From NCBI GenBank assembly GCA_010093815.1, contig ML996567.1: a DNA stretch of 64,000 nt; one strand, 5' to 3'. This DNA is from Pseudovirgaria hyperparasitica. Lineage: Eukaryota. The notes under the pieces are model-generated. The model was given only the letters and a program-made list of their open reading frames with translations, was not told the origin of the DNA and ran no database searches. This document shows, in pieces, positions 1 to 12,542 of the stretch. Within the stretch, counting starts at the first letter, position 1. The number at the start of each line of letters is the position of its first letter. The position numbers and the translations under genes are program-made.

Positions 1-357
1 TGGGACAGTGCCGTTACCATTGCTATTTGTAGATCTTCTGGAGGAAGCAGAAGGACAAGGTCTATGACGTGAGCCATGCTTCGAAACATGAGAGTGCGTT
101 GAACTAATCGAATTATGTGCAGTGTGGCTCCGACGATTGCTTTGCCTTGGCAGAGGAGGCAAACGCGAGTTCCCAGAAAAGGTGCCCAGATCTCCCAGCT
201 CTGTTGAAGTTTTGAGCATACTCATCACTCCAGCACCACCGGGCACTGAATCCGTTTTTGGTCCATGGGACTTCGCAAAACCGCGGCTGTTCGTAGATGT
301 GGTTGACGTTCGACTTGTCCTCCCGCTGACGTTAGGATCCCTATCCGTGAGGGGCAT
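1..357 (-). CDS. 5' part of a conserved-looking fungal hypothetical protein, runs off the window start
   Basis: Read manually (not in the ORF track): ATG at 357 opens 119 stop-free codons to position 1, MPLTDRDPNVSGR...GVMSMLKTSTELGDLGTF..., Ser/Arg-rich. Confidence 0.65.
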   Translation of the reverse strand, partial: MPLTDRDPNVSGRTSRTSTTSTNSRGFAKSHGPKTDSVPGGAGVMSMLKTSTELGDLGTFSGNSRLPPLPRQSNRRSHTAHNSISSTHSHVSKHGSRHRPCPSASSRRSTNSNGNGTVP

Positions 358-1251
358 GGCCTATCGTGAGCGAAAGAAGCTCATGAGAATGCGAACGGGG
401 TGAGGAAGGCAATATTCGAGAGAAAAGCTGTAGAGTTGGGGTGACAGATAATGGGTAAAGTGAACGAGAGTCGACAGCAAGAGTAGAAGATGATGGATTT
501 CCAAAACAAAATGCTGGGGACGAGTCGAGCTCTGGACGAAAGAGTTGTTGTTGTAGGAAGGAAGACAAAGAGTGGAGAGAAGCTGAACTATTGTTGACAA
601 AGTGTACAAGCGCTCTTGCTCACCAAAGGCATAGGACGCTCATGTCTATAGCGCATGCATGACAAGAGCGACAGCGCGACGAATAGTAGACAGTACCTAC
701 TTCATCCATGAACTTCCTCCACCCAGGGCGACTTTCACAGTCCTTGGTAGCCTTGATAGATTCACACCCGGTGGCCATAGGTATGGAAAGTGTCAGCATG
801 AATACGCGCCTACCTTAACTTCGTCCAGGTCGTGAGTCTCACGAGCATTAAAATGATAGGAGTCTCAGACTTTGACTCATGATGCGGTGTCTGTTAGTGC
901 AAGCGTAAACCACTACTGTGGTGCCTGCCCATCCATATTCATGGCTACTACATATGAGAGATATCTGTACATACATCGACAATAGTGTGAGACATGTTGT
1001 GTAGACAAAAGATTGTTCTATACCTGTGATTACAGGGCGCAGTGATGTTCTGCTCGTCGGCATATTCTGACATTATGAAACTGAAGTAGTTTTGGTTACT
1101 GCGCTTCTACCAAGGCAGATCCGATTGCAAATGACCCCAAAGAACGCCAAGACTGGGTATTAGTATATATGAGATAGCGAGTGGGCGTCGTGATTCGTAA
1201 GAGGTCTTGACAGGCCGCGTTTCACGTGAACGCGGTCCGACGCATTGTCGT

Positions 1252-3219
1252 TCATCGCTTGAAAGGATTTCGAAACATACATCGCAGGCGTCCGTGAGAA
1301 GGCTTATTCTGATGACTCTTCTGACTTTGGCGACTCTGTCTTCCAGAAGGCGCGGCGCTATCGTGCCGTGGAAACGACGTCATGGGAAAGCATTCTGACG
1401 ATATCGTGTTCGGAGACTGCTCCATGAGCGTCCACAATGGAATGTGCTTTGATACACTCGCTGGGGCAGTACTTGGACGGGTGCTAGGGCCTGACACAGA
1501 CGTGACACCGCCTAACGATGCAGCCTTTGATTTTTTGTGTTTGACGAAGCGCGAAGACTCGTCATATTGACGTGCGACAAGTTCCTGGCTTGGTGATGGT
1601 TCCTCATAAGTTTGCGGTGGGGGGACGCTTCGAAAGAATGCAGCGAGCTCGGCAGTCGATTCTGCTCGCTGCTTATCACGAGGTTGGAGTTTGCCTAAGC
1701 CGGTGTTCTTGTAAGGTTTCGGACGGACTCTAGCATTGGCATTTGCATTTGAGGCGCCGCGCGCAGGAGTGCTATCGGCATTCATGACTTGCCGCAACGG
1801 CGTGGAAGGGGAGGAAACGGCGATTTCTGCTTTGCTGGGTAGAGCTGGAAGCGGTTTTTCCTTACGTCCCGACGAGGTACGCCCGGACGAGGACCGTGAG
1901 GTCGAGCTTCGCGACGACGACGTACGGCTTTGCTGCTTATGGCTTTGCTACGTCGCATTAGAACAGCGTGACATGCGTGCCAGGAGACGGTATCGTATTG
2001 TACCGTAGACAAGATTGAAGATGAGGCATATACTCGTGATTGCACGATAATGAAAGATTAGACATACCATCGTGCGTCTGGCTGCGGCAGCACAACGCTT
2101 CTCAAACTCATTCACGCACAGAGCACATCGCTGCAACATTTTTCCAAGCTTTCTAGCCTTCTCTTGAAGAATTTTCACGTTGTTTTCCCAAATGCCCGTG
2201 TTCTTACGCATAGCAACATAGATGTCCCATTGTTCTCTGCTGTCACGTGTCCATTCTGCGCCAATTCTTTCCAGATATGTGCTAAACACCAGATTTGCCT
2301 CTTGTAGCTTAGCAAGGTCTGCCGTGTAATCAGTCATCATTTGCGAGTATGCCTTGATGAGAGCGTCTATGCGGATATTGCCTTCCAGAGTTTGTGTCCT
2401 GTACTTCCGGTCGGTAAGAAGATTATCGAAAACGGCAACATGCTGTAAGGGTAGTGCCAGATTTCGATATAGGTCTGATACTTCCTTCAATGACTGATCA
2501 AAATCGCCGTTGACGCGCTCCAGAAAACTGTCTAATTCCTGGACGAAACCACTGAGGATGTTGGATACCTCAGGCACAGACTGTGCTATTGACTGACAGA
2601 GAAGGTGCACGCCAAATATGACCTGCGACATAATCTTCATTATGGGATGATGCTTGGACTCTGAGTCGGACGTCCACTGTGCATTGTATGAGACGTTTCC
2701 AGCACCGCCTTTCTGATTCAGTATCAAAGATCGACGAGATCTGCCCTTGAATTTATCTGGATTCGTCTCTCTGTAGTTTGAACAGTCCTCCTTCTTCCCA
2801 GCGTCCAGCATAGACTCTTCGAAGGGGCCTTGCAATTCGATCAGAGGATGGGTAGGGAAATGCGAAGGGACGCGCGATGTTTCGACGTATATTTTTTCGT
2901 CCGAGTAGTATGGTTTGTCGCGATTGGCATCCGAACCAGAGCTTGCTTTATTTGCGTTGGGAACGCTATGGAGAGCACCATTCTCGACATTTTGTATAGG
3001 ACACAACACAGGCGCAGTGGCTAAGTTAGATCGACTTCGAATTGCGAGTTCGTGTACTGGTATCTTGCCGGTTGGTTTAGACAGTTTCATTGACGGTAGT
3101 GGCCCGCCAACATGAGGAGTGAAATTCGAAGGATCAGAGCTATGTCTGTCGCTCAGAGTCAGGATTGACATTGGCATAGCCATGTCGACTCTGGCCCAAG
3201 GACACCCCGCAAGGCTCAC
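1252..3219 (-). CDS. Hypothetical protein, 2 exons, helical/coiled-coil core plus low-complexity C-terminus
   Basis: ORFs 1948..3219 and 1252..1797 are joined in frame by intron 1948..2067 (GTATGT...CTAAT...TAG). Core reads HPIMKIMSQVIFGVHLL...ELDSFLER, and KEKPLPALP follows the splice. The true start may be a downstream Met (~3183). Confidence 0.75.
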
Positions 3220-3760
3220 GACCTTCGACCCCGAGGCACCAACGCCTCAAGGCCGACGATGTTTGACAGATCTATGGGAAGGACGGTGTGTTGCAAATGC
3301 TGTGGCTATGCGACAGTACACTCCAAAGAGACAGCGTGTTGTGGTCTAGGTGAGGAGATGGTAGGGCTTTCGAAGGACAGCAAAAGCAGACGAAGGACAG
3401 GGATTGCGGCGCCAGCTTTCTGCATGGTGTTGTGTTGGTTTCTGTGGGGTGGATGATCGAGCGGCGCGAGAAGATGCGGAGATGACCAGGCGTTCCCGCC
3501 GCGACAGCAGGACTATGTAGTCGGAGCGAACGTAGCAGGACAGAAGGGAACGGTAAATGAAGAGGATGAAGAAGAAGAAGAAGTAGAAGGGCAGATCAAT
3601 GAGGAGGGAAAGTAACGAAGATTTGAGGCGCGCTGGGACAGAAGCACAAGCAAACGCTGAGAGGAGAAACAAGGCCAAAAGGTTTCTTCTCCGCCTACAG
3701 GAGGATGAGGAGGAGTAGGGAAGGGCAGGGAGCAGCAGTGATGAGGAGTGAGGAGGAGCG

Positions 3761-3825
3761 TGCTTGGGGTGCTTTTGGGGTGCTTTTGGGGTGCTTTTGG
3801 GGTGCTTTGGTGGCTTTGGTGCTTG
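3761..3825. repeat. Short tandem repeat (GGGGTGCTTTT)x~4 plus degenerate copies
   Basis: Directly visible upstream of the 1252..3219 gene. Confidence 0.8.
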
Positions 3826-6696
3826 TCTGCAAGGTTTTGGCTGCTTCGTGCTGATGGGATCAGCGGCCCAAGGAGCTTTTGCGCTTATTAGCGCCCGCCA
3901 TTGACCCCCGACGCCTGCAAAAATCTCCCCCTCGCTGTCCTCCTCCCCACCTGTAACCACCCTCCCCCCGTCACAACCAACCAGTCATTTACGCCGCACC
4001 CCTGGCTTCTTCTCCCGCGTCTTGAGCTTGTTTGTCGTTCTACTTCTGATTACGTATGATGACCTTACGAGACGTCCTCCATGATGCATGTCGTTGAGGT
4101 CGGCGTCGTCGCGTAGCTGAAAGACGACGTCGATGACGGTGACGACAACGATGACAAGAACAACACGCCTTTTCTATGGCAATGAGAACGTTGAGTACTG
4201 CTACCGTGCTTTACATTCTTCCCGATGCCTTAATCTCGGGGCTCGTCTCTGTCGAGATGAAGCCCAATCTCGCGAAGCTACTGCTCATCTGCTTCAGCTG
4301 TCAATTTCCTCGCAGAGAAGAATCGATCAATCTCCTATAGGTCCCTTGCCTTATGGCCATCTACCAGCTATCGATCCTGGAAACAATCAGCATGTATCAA
4401 GAAATGACTGGTCCTAGCGCTAGCATCATAGACATGGAGCGGACCGACGGATGACGGCTTTGCGGGCGATCAACAAGTTACAAGACCACGATCCTCTATG
4501 CCAGTGCCATCGATGCTGTGAAACAGACGAACTGATGTCTTCCATGACGCTACCGTCAGTGGCGAGGTGGTGTCGGTTGGGTACAATAACACGGCGAGAC
4601 ACACTCCGTTACACAGGACTTAATAACGCAGATGCTGACACTTCAGTCAGAGTTGTAGCATGCCCTTCCATCCAGCGCCAGACATGTGGCACTCACTCCC
4701 TGTTCATTGTGCTCGATGGCTTGCTCCAATCAACGCCTGTGATGTGCTCTGCCAGCGTACACCCTTGAAACACAAAGCATAAGTTACACTTCGTCAGAGT
4801 GATAGAAGACGAGCTACTTTGAGCACTGCGATAGCATCGCAGTTGAAACATGGGACGAATACGAGAGGCGATCTGTCGGCATCCATCTTCAATGTGTCGG
4901 TCGGCTCTCCAACACATACCTCAGAGGTCCTTTGATGTCAATCATACCTAGACTCGGCTCGATTGGGAAGCCTTGATGCGCAAGTCGCAGTCGGCAACTC
5001 AAACGTCCTAACACCAAGCTCTTAATACGCGTTCCAGAAGCAGGCCTCATAGCACCAACGCTCTCAACAGAACTCAATACACTCCTTTACGATCATCGTC
5101 CTGCCATACGAACCGAATGCAGACAGACCGCTTTCTAGGCGTCACGTAATCTACATCAGGTTTGTTTCTTGAGTATGGAATGTTGCGCACTAGCTGCCCC
5201 TCTCCAAGTCCAGTCCCTGATAGGACAGTTGCCTGAGTGTAGAATCACAGATGCACGTTCTCGCGGCACATCAAACAACCTCGTAAGTTTATCCAAATGG
5301 TCTGTTCTCAAGCCTGCGATTCATCGACATACCAATTCTTCGGCCCAATGCTCCTTGCTCTCGGCATTCGAGTAGTCTATATGATACGCAAGCTTAACAA
5401 CCAGCGAGACTCCAATTCACCCACACAGCCACACAGTGGAGTATATGGTTCTCGTTTTTCCCTTCCATTCTCTGAAAATCTGACTCTGAATCAGATAACA
5501 TGGTCCAGCATCTACGATACGCATCTACCCACCCCCAGCCAGATCCACATCAGGTCAAAGTCAAATCTGTTACTGCACGGTCCAACAACAAGGACAATTA
5601 CAGGGGTTCACTTGCCGAGTCTGCAGGTCATGGTGATTAAGCTCGCCGCACTACCGGCATTTGCACATCTTCGCGACAACCAGCAATAAGAGAAGACTCT
5701 AGTCCATTCATCTTGTTGCATAGTAAGCTCGTGTGGGCCTTCCACCATGAACCACGTTCCACAACTCCAGACTTCGCTGACAGTGCAGTTCATCGCACAG
5801 CAGCGGGGACGTTCCCCATCAAAGAAGTCTGCTCCTGATTTTCAGACCCCGAGCCACTACATTCTGGATATGAAAACAAGAACAAGAAGTCTCCCACTAT
5901 GATCGCATGTATCGTGAAACAATGGTAATAGGGCCCCATGAAACGCGCATTAAATACTGAACGTTGAAACAATAGTTGACGTGTGGCGCAGCTAGTGGGA
6001 CAGTGGTGGCGGCTCATGGCTTTTAGGCGAGATAGCCGCGAGCTCGGATGCTAGTGTGGTTCGTGTATGTGGCTCGTGTGAGAACTGGGTTAAAAGTATG
6101 CTCGGACTGTGTCTATTCGAAACAGTCACCACAGATTTAGCTTTCCTATACCTTCTAAACTACCCGAAGAAAATGAAGCTACAGAGATCAGTGTAGCTGA
6201 CCTTTTTTAAACCCTTCGAGCGGCTCACTTCCCACGAACTGTTTGCTTTGATAATGACGCACAGAATGCATCTGCTATAGGTATAATTATTGGATAGTCA
6301 CGTGAATACTTACGTAATGTCTTAATCATCCATGCTTGGCAGTGCACACTTCTTTAGGACAGATTATCATCACGGACAACTGCATTAGCACCAATTGAAG
6401 ACTCATTGAGAGTATTTCCATCTCCCCTGCTCTATGACAGATCCTCCGGTAGACGATATAACACCCTCTGAGTACTGCACTCGGCAGCATCGATCCTTCG
6501 CATTCCCGTTCTCATCAAAACCGGCTAACACGGAGGGCATATAGGACTGCGTGCGGAGGTTCGACCAAAAGTTTCAAGGAAATTATCAATAGGACTTTGT
6601 GGTCTTCGTAACAGGTCATTGCAACAGTAATACGAAGGCCAGACATCCAGCATAGCTTGATACGAGATAAGTCTTCGAAGGTAAGAGGAAAGTTTC

Positions 6697-8483
6697 TTAG
6701 ATTTCCAGAGCATACCGCTTGGACAGCTCAGCTTCATATGCCTTTTCGTTGAGTTTCCTTGATATTTCCCCTTTCGTCGTCCGTATCAGGTCTCTGCCCG
6801 GTTTCGTGAACAAAACCAGTCCTCGTGTGAGTCGCACGAGTTCCGAGCACGTGTCATTAGTCTTCTGGATAGTCGGCCAAAGGAGGCGTATCCGCTCCAT
6901 CTCGTCAGTGCCATCCTCCCCTCTCCACTGCACGAGTAGGAACGGCCTCATCCGATTGCTGCCTCCTACCAGCACTCCTGCCACATTCGGATGGCTTGCG
7001 ATTTGTGCTTCCAGGTCTGACGCAACGAGGCTTTTGCCATGTGCAAACACGATCAGATCATCTGTCCGTCCGGCACATTTCCATCTACCCGGTCTGTCTG
7101 GATGCGAAATGAACAGGTCCTTTGTGGGAAACTCCTGGAGTTCGGGGTACAGCTTGAAGACCTGTTGCCAGCGCTGTAGCTCTGGCCTTTGCACAAAGAC
7201 GGCCTCGTACAGGTTCCCGGAAACGGGACGGAACTCCATGCCCATGCCCGGGCGAAAACTGAACCATTCCCAATCTTCGTCATCGTCCACGCCGAGGAAG
7301 TAAGCGCCGGCTTCGGTAGAGCCCATGGCTGGCTTGACTTTCACGTGGTTCTGGAGCTTTCGACCAGTCTCCACATTCATGGGCGCGCCGGCAAAGTACA
7401 GGAAATCGAGGCTTCCGAGAGCTTTCAGACCAGTGGGCGTTGCAGCTATATCGGTGATGAGTGAAGGCGGCATCATTGCGCATTGGACGTGCCCGTGCCG
7501 CAAGATTTCGCTCACAAGCTCTGGAGAGGCTGGTCCAGGGGTCGTTGGTCCGACGACAAGAACACCATTCATGAAGAAGGTGAATTGGAGTGCTATGGTC
7601 ATGCCCACAAACTATGTCCTGTCAGACCAGATGCGAAAGATGAGTCAAAGTGAGGTTCGATGGACTGACATGTAATGCTGGCAGCGGCGTGTACCACCGT
7701 CTATCTCGGTAATGTTGATTCGACACTGCTGCGCCTTTCGCGTCGTCCATGAGCTCGGCGGCATCAAGTGAGGTCATCATCTCGTGCGTGTAGGTCACCA
7801 ACCGTGGCACTCCTGGTAGCGAGTCGTGTTAGCTTATACGCGACGCAAGCAGGTCCAAGAATTTACCTGTTGTGCCAGATGTATGGAAGATCATCCAGGG
7901 GTCATTCTTTGCTTGATCCCAAGATCTGTCCCAGAAAACTGGTGTAGCTGGCTCATCCTGGAGCCACGATTCCAGCTGAGGAACTTGGAGGATCACCGCA
8001 CCATTTCCAGAAAGTTCAACAGCTTCGCTGACGAGGCTATGGAATGTTGCATCGTGCAAGAAGATCTTGCAGTGCGACGATCGAACAAGATGGGAAAGGG
8101 CGCTCTTAGCAACGAATGGCGAAGGGAGCAACAGCTGGCAAAGTGGTCAGACCGTCTCGCATACCTTCTTTTCATAAGTCTGATTGTACCTTTGCTCGAA
8201 TATGCGCGACTGCCAATGCCAGAATTGGATACCGCAAATCTTTCGGCCCGGCGTACGCGAGCGTCTCGAAGACATCTTCGAGTTGAATATGAGCCTGAAG
8301 CCAGTGTGTCGCGTGACTGACAGCATTCAGCAGCGACTTGTACGTGACATCGCGAAAGCCTTTTGCAAGATCGTTGTCATCTATGGGCACAGATGCCCAC
8401 GCACGTGATGGGTCGTATTGTGCTATATCATGTAGGGTTGTGACGAGGAGACGCGACCCAGGATCACGGCTAATTACAGGCAT
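6697..8483 (-). CDS. Stand-alone adenylate-forming (ANL) enzyme, similar to the A domain of fungal NRPS-like carboxylic acid reductases; 4 exons
   Basis: Introns 8135..8189, 7813..7866 and 7612..7669 are all GT..AG with branch sites. Splicing restores HTSGTTGVPR (A3 P-loop), PLPALHFVG, AGAP, MGSTEAG, TKDLF, GRTDDLI and RTTKG (A10 Lys). The stop follows shortly after A10. Confidence 0.9.
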
Positions 8484-10882
8484 CGAGAAGGAATTCGGTG
8501 GCGTGACGGTGTGTAATGATATATGTTATATTGACGATATCTCTCGGCATTCTCTTTTGGTGTACCTGCAGGAAGGATTGAAGACATGTAGGGTTACTAT
8601 TTAGCTATTAATGAAATTTCCATCGCACAGACGCTGGTGCGAAAAACTTCATAGTGACATACCTATCCACGGCGGCAAACAAGCAATCTAAGCAACCATT
8701 CGTGTCAGTCAGCGGAATCAGTCAGCAATCGCGAGTTGCTCTTGCGAATGTAGCCTCGATGCGCTTGTTTGGATAGAAAGTGGTCGTGAATTGTCGGACC
8801 CGACGACTCGGTTGTTGGACAGATAGCATCCCGGCTTATGTACTATGGCCTATGCATCGAGGTGGAGTGCATCACGGATGATTCCGAATAGGTCACATGA
8901 TCGGATACGGCAAACATCATTTCTCCTGAGAGATTCTTCACTCGTTTGTGTATCTATACCTGTTCAGCGTCCTCCACACAACTTCAGCAGGTAGCAAGCA
9001 CGGATGATCTAGCATGTCTTAATCACTTGACGTGGCATTCACAGTGCGACTTCATCAAGGTATTCAATTACGAAGAATACGAAGTAACATCTCTGTTATT
9101 CGTGTACCATGTGCCATAACGTAGGTGATTGGAGGCTAGACTCGGCACTACTGATCCTGGCCTGAATGTACATCTCCACCGGGAGTCCACGTGCTAAAAA
9201 ACCCTGGGTAGAGCTCCGGCTCAACGGCTGCTCAATGCGATTGACCAGCATGTCAACCTCCAGCCAGCGATCCGCATTCATCACATCTTGACAAACATTG
9301 GTCGTTGCTTGTTTGTACTCTGGTTGGCCGAAGGTAAGACGTACCAATCTTTGGACTCGGACTCTTTTCGTGCCTGGCTGCCGGAATTTCCGGGCTCCTC
9401 TCCAGGCTCCTGATTCTGCTCAACAAAGTCAAGAAAGAAAATGTTGGTGCCTCCGAGGCTGGTTATACCACTTGTAGCTGTACAGTACCATAACACTCCA
9501 TATAATGTGTCGTCATCATTACCCGAGCCTGGTCATCTTCCGGGTGGAGTAGTGGAACAACTTCGTTGCCGACGATCATGTTCCGCACATGGGACTCGGA
9601 ACGTGGAACGTCTATGGAAGATCCGAAGAACCATGTGGCTGGACGTACAGAGCTTCTACCTCACTCAGTCCTCTGCACTCTGCGCGCTACGAAGGTACCG
9701 ACCGATGTTTCAGAGCCTGTGCCGAATCTACGAGCTGCCACGACGTTCAGGAGATCCGTGCACACCTAGGTTGCATTTTGAGGCCCATGCATGCATGCAT
9801 GTCGATTCTACATCCGTTCTTCTCCAATGCAGCAGACACCAATTTCGCAATTCTTTGCTGGAGATGCCATAAAGGGGGAATATCAACACTCAGCCTTTCG
9901 TCTCTTTGGCCAAGTAGTGCTCCAGCGATGCGCCAGGTCGCGCACAGGGACTCAACATTCTGGTATAGGAGAAATGCCAGTGCGTCGTGATAGACCCACC
10001 TCACCACAAAATCCTCCACGCTCGGGATCGTATCCAATACCGCTGAGGATCATGGCATACCATGTCGTCAAAGCAGGTTCTCGTAATTGGAAAATGTACT
10101 CACCCCTGGGCTCACGACTCGTGGGATGATTCCAAATCGAGATCCACCCCCACGCCGTGGAATGCGGTGGAGAAAACTTGAATATCCCAACTTTACGGAC
10201 TGGGCTCCGCACACAACGTTGAAGACGGATACGGATTGAGGTCCAGCCTTTTGCGGCTCTCATCATTTCCTCTCTCGCCCATGCTCAAGCCATAGCTTCG
10301 GCTCAATTCAACTAATTTGGGACAAGAACAAGATATTCACAACTACGACACTCGTAGGTCTTTGTGAACCGTGTTGTGTGAGATTGAGCTGAGCTTGTTT
10401 CAAGCTCACACGTTATGTCAGGTGAGGACAAAGCTGTTATTATGATTTCTGACCTTTATTTTACTCCTAATGCTCAAAGAAGATATCGGAAGGCTGTGCA
10501 CTGAAGACAGACTTGTCTTGATTAAGAGTTTCACGTTTCAGGTCTTGTTGCTTGTGCATGTCACCACTGCGTATGCTTAAAAGCTATATCCATGCCATAT
10601 GGCCCGTACCTTATCTGACAGCTCGAGTCAGATCACATGCGATCGAACAGCCTTTTTGACTCCACCGCATACCCAAAAGTCTGATTATCCCCGCTCTAAG
10701 GAATTTTTCCTTGGACTTTGCTGGATTCGTGGGTAACCCCATTGTACGTTTGTTGGAACCGCACACTTTTTCGTACAGGCTTGTCCCTTTCTACCGGTAC
10801 CGAAGCTGGTCGAGCATCACGAAAACCATAATAACAACAACCACGACAACGACATCGATCCAACTACAATACACAAACTACG

Positions 10883-12208
10883 ATGTCCAAAACCTACACG
10901 CCGGAGTTTCTGGCCCAAAATAGTGGCGAGGACCTGATCGCTTGCGCTACTATTTTCATCATACTCAACACCACCTTTGTGGGACTGCGGTTCTACGCGA
11001 GATTTACGAAGCAGACCTCACTAGGACTCGACGACTATGTGATTGCCTTTGCATGGGTTGCGAATATCGGATTATGCGTGCTCGCAATAAGTGAGTAGCC
11101 TCTATACTCGCACTCCCATTCCAATGCTTCATATCCTGATCTTCAGCACAGCCATGGTCCCGATAGCCGGCGTTGGTCGCCACGCAGCATACATCCACAA
11201 AGCGCACCCGGAGAAGATAATGTCATGGGCGAAATCGATATACGCCCTCGAATGGCTGTACCTGCCCGCCGTCGCCCTGCCAAAGGTCTCCATCCTGCTC
11301 ATGTACCTGCGCATCTTCCCGTACGGCTGGGTCAAAGTCTCGACCAAGATCCTCATCTTCGTCGTGCTTGCAAACTGGTTCGCCTACCTGATCGTCTCGT
11401 CGCTGCAGTGCATCCCCGTCGAGTTTCAGTGGGACAAGTCGATCGAGGGCGGCCGCTGCTTCGACCAGGTGACGTTCTATAAGACGGTCAATATCCCGAC
11501 GATTGTTACGGACGTGATCATGCTTCTGCTTCCTATCCAGCCGGTGCTGGGTCTGAATGCGTCCGTGACGCGGAAGGTGGCGCTTTGCTTTATTTTTCTT
11601 GCTGGCAGTGTGTAAGTCAACCTAATGACACCGACATCCCAAGCACTCGAAAAGTGCAAGTGCAACAATACTGACCGTCCACGCCAGAGGTTCCGTCGCC
11701 GCATGCATGCGCATGGCCGCCTTCTTCCACACAAACGCCTTCACAGATAACACCTGTAAGTTCCCCCTGCCTCCCCTTCCCTTTCCCCCCCCTCAATCCT
11801 CTTCAAACACGCCCCTAACTCCCACCCACAGGGGCCTCCGTCGAACTCGTCGGCTGGTCCGTCGCCGAACCAGGCATGTACCTCACCGCCGCCTGCCTCA
11901 TGTGCCTCCGCCCACTCCTCATCCGCCTCGGCCGCAAACTGCACCTCACCCGATTCATGTCCAAGCACAGCGTGTCGGCAAACTCGGCGACCAACCACAT
12001 GCGCACACCGCCGTCCGCGCGCTCCAAGACTACGACCACGGACGTGGACTTGGACATGGATATGGATGATGATGATGACGACGATACGTATGCGCTGCAT
12101 GAGCGGTTGGGGTCGGCGGATAGTAGGGCGGAGATTGGGGGTGGGGGTGTGGCGCCCGGGACGGCGAGGACGGTGGAGGGGAAGATGGTGGGCGAGGGTC
12201 GGTTTTGA
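10883..12208 (+). CDS. PTH11/SAT4-like integral membrane protein (fungal rhodopsin-like domain, no CFEM); 4 exons
   Basis: Introns 11091..11151, 11612..11687 and 11756..11831. Motifs LRFYAR...GLDDY, GVGRH, PKVSILLMYLRIF, QCIP...WD...C, TDVIMLLLP and WSVAE...AACL..LRPL. Confidence 0.9.
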
Positions 12209-12542
12209 TATCGGGTTTGTGTATGAGGTTTGCATGCTGTTATGGATGAGATGAGGATTGGGTTTGTTGGTCGGTCGGTCGCGAGCATTCATTAGAGCGC
12301 TTGGAATGCGCGATGTGTGGGTGGGTGGGTGTAATGTTATTGTCTGCGGGCAGGCAGATGGCACACTGCGTGCATGCGTATGTACGTACATACGCGGCAG
12401 CTCACGACGGCCAAGCAAGAAGAAAACCATGACGAATAAACAGTCTATGGATGTATCTTTAGACCCAATCTAATATAGATACCCCCCCAGATCGCCCAAA
12501 ACGCCCTTGCAGAAGAACCGCAACAGTCGCCGGCAAGAAAAA

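Noticed and set aside
3346..6600. Short ORFs between the hypothetical gene and the adenylation enzyme
   Set aside because: No recognisable motifs, codon bias or consistent exon structure; treated as UTR/intergenic.
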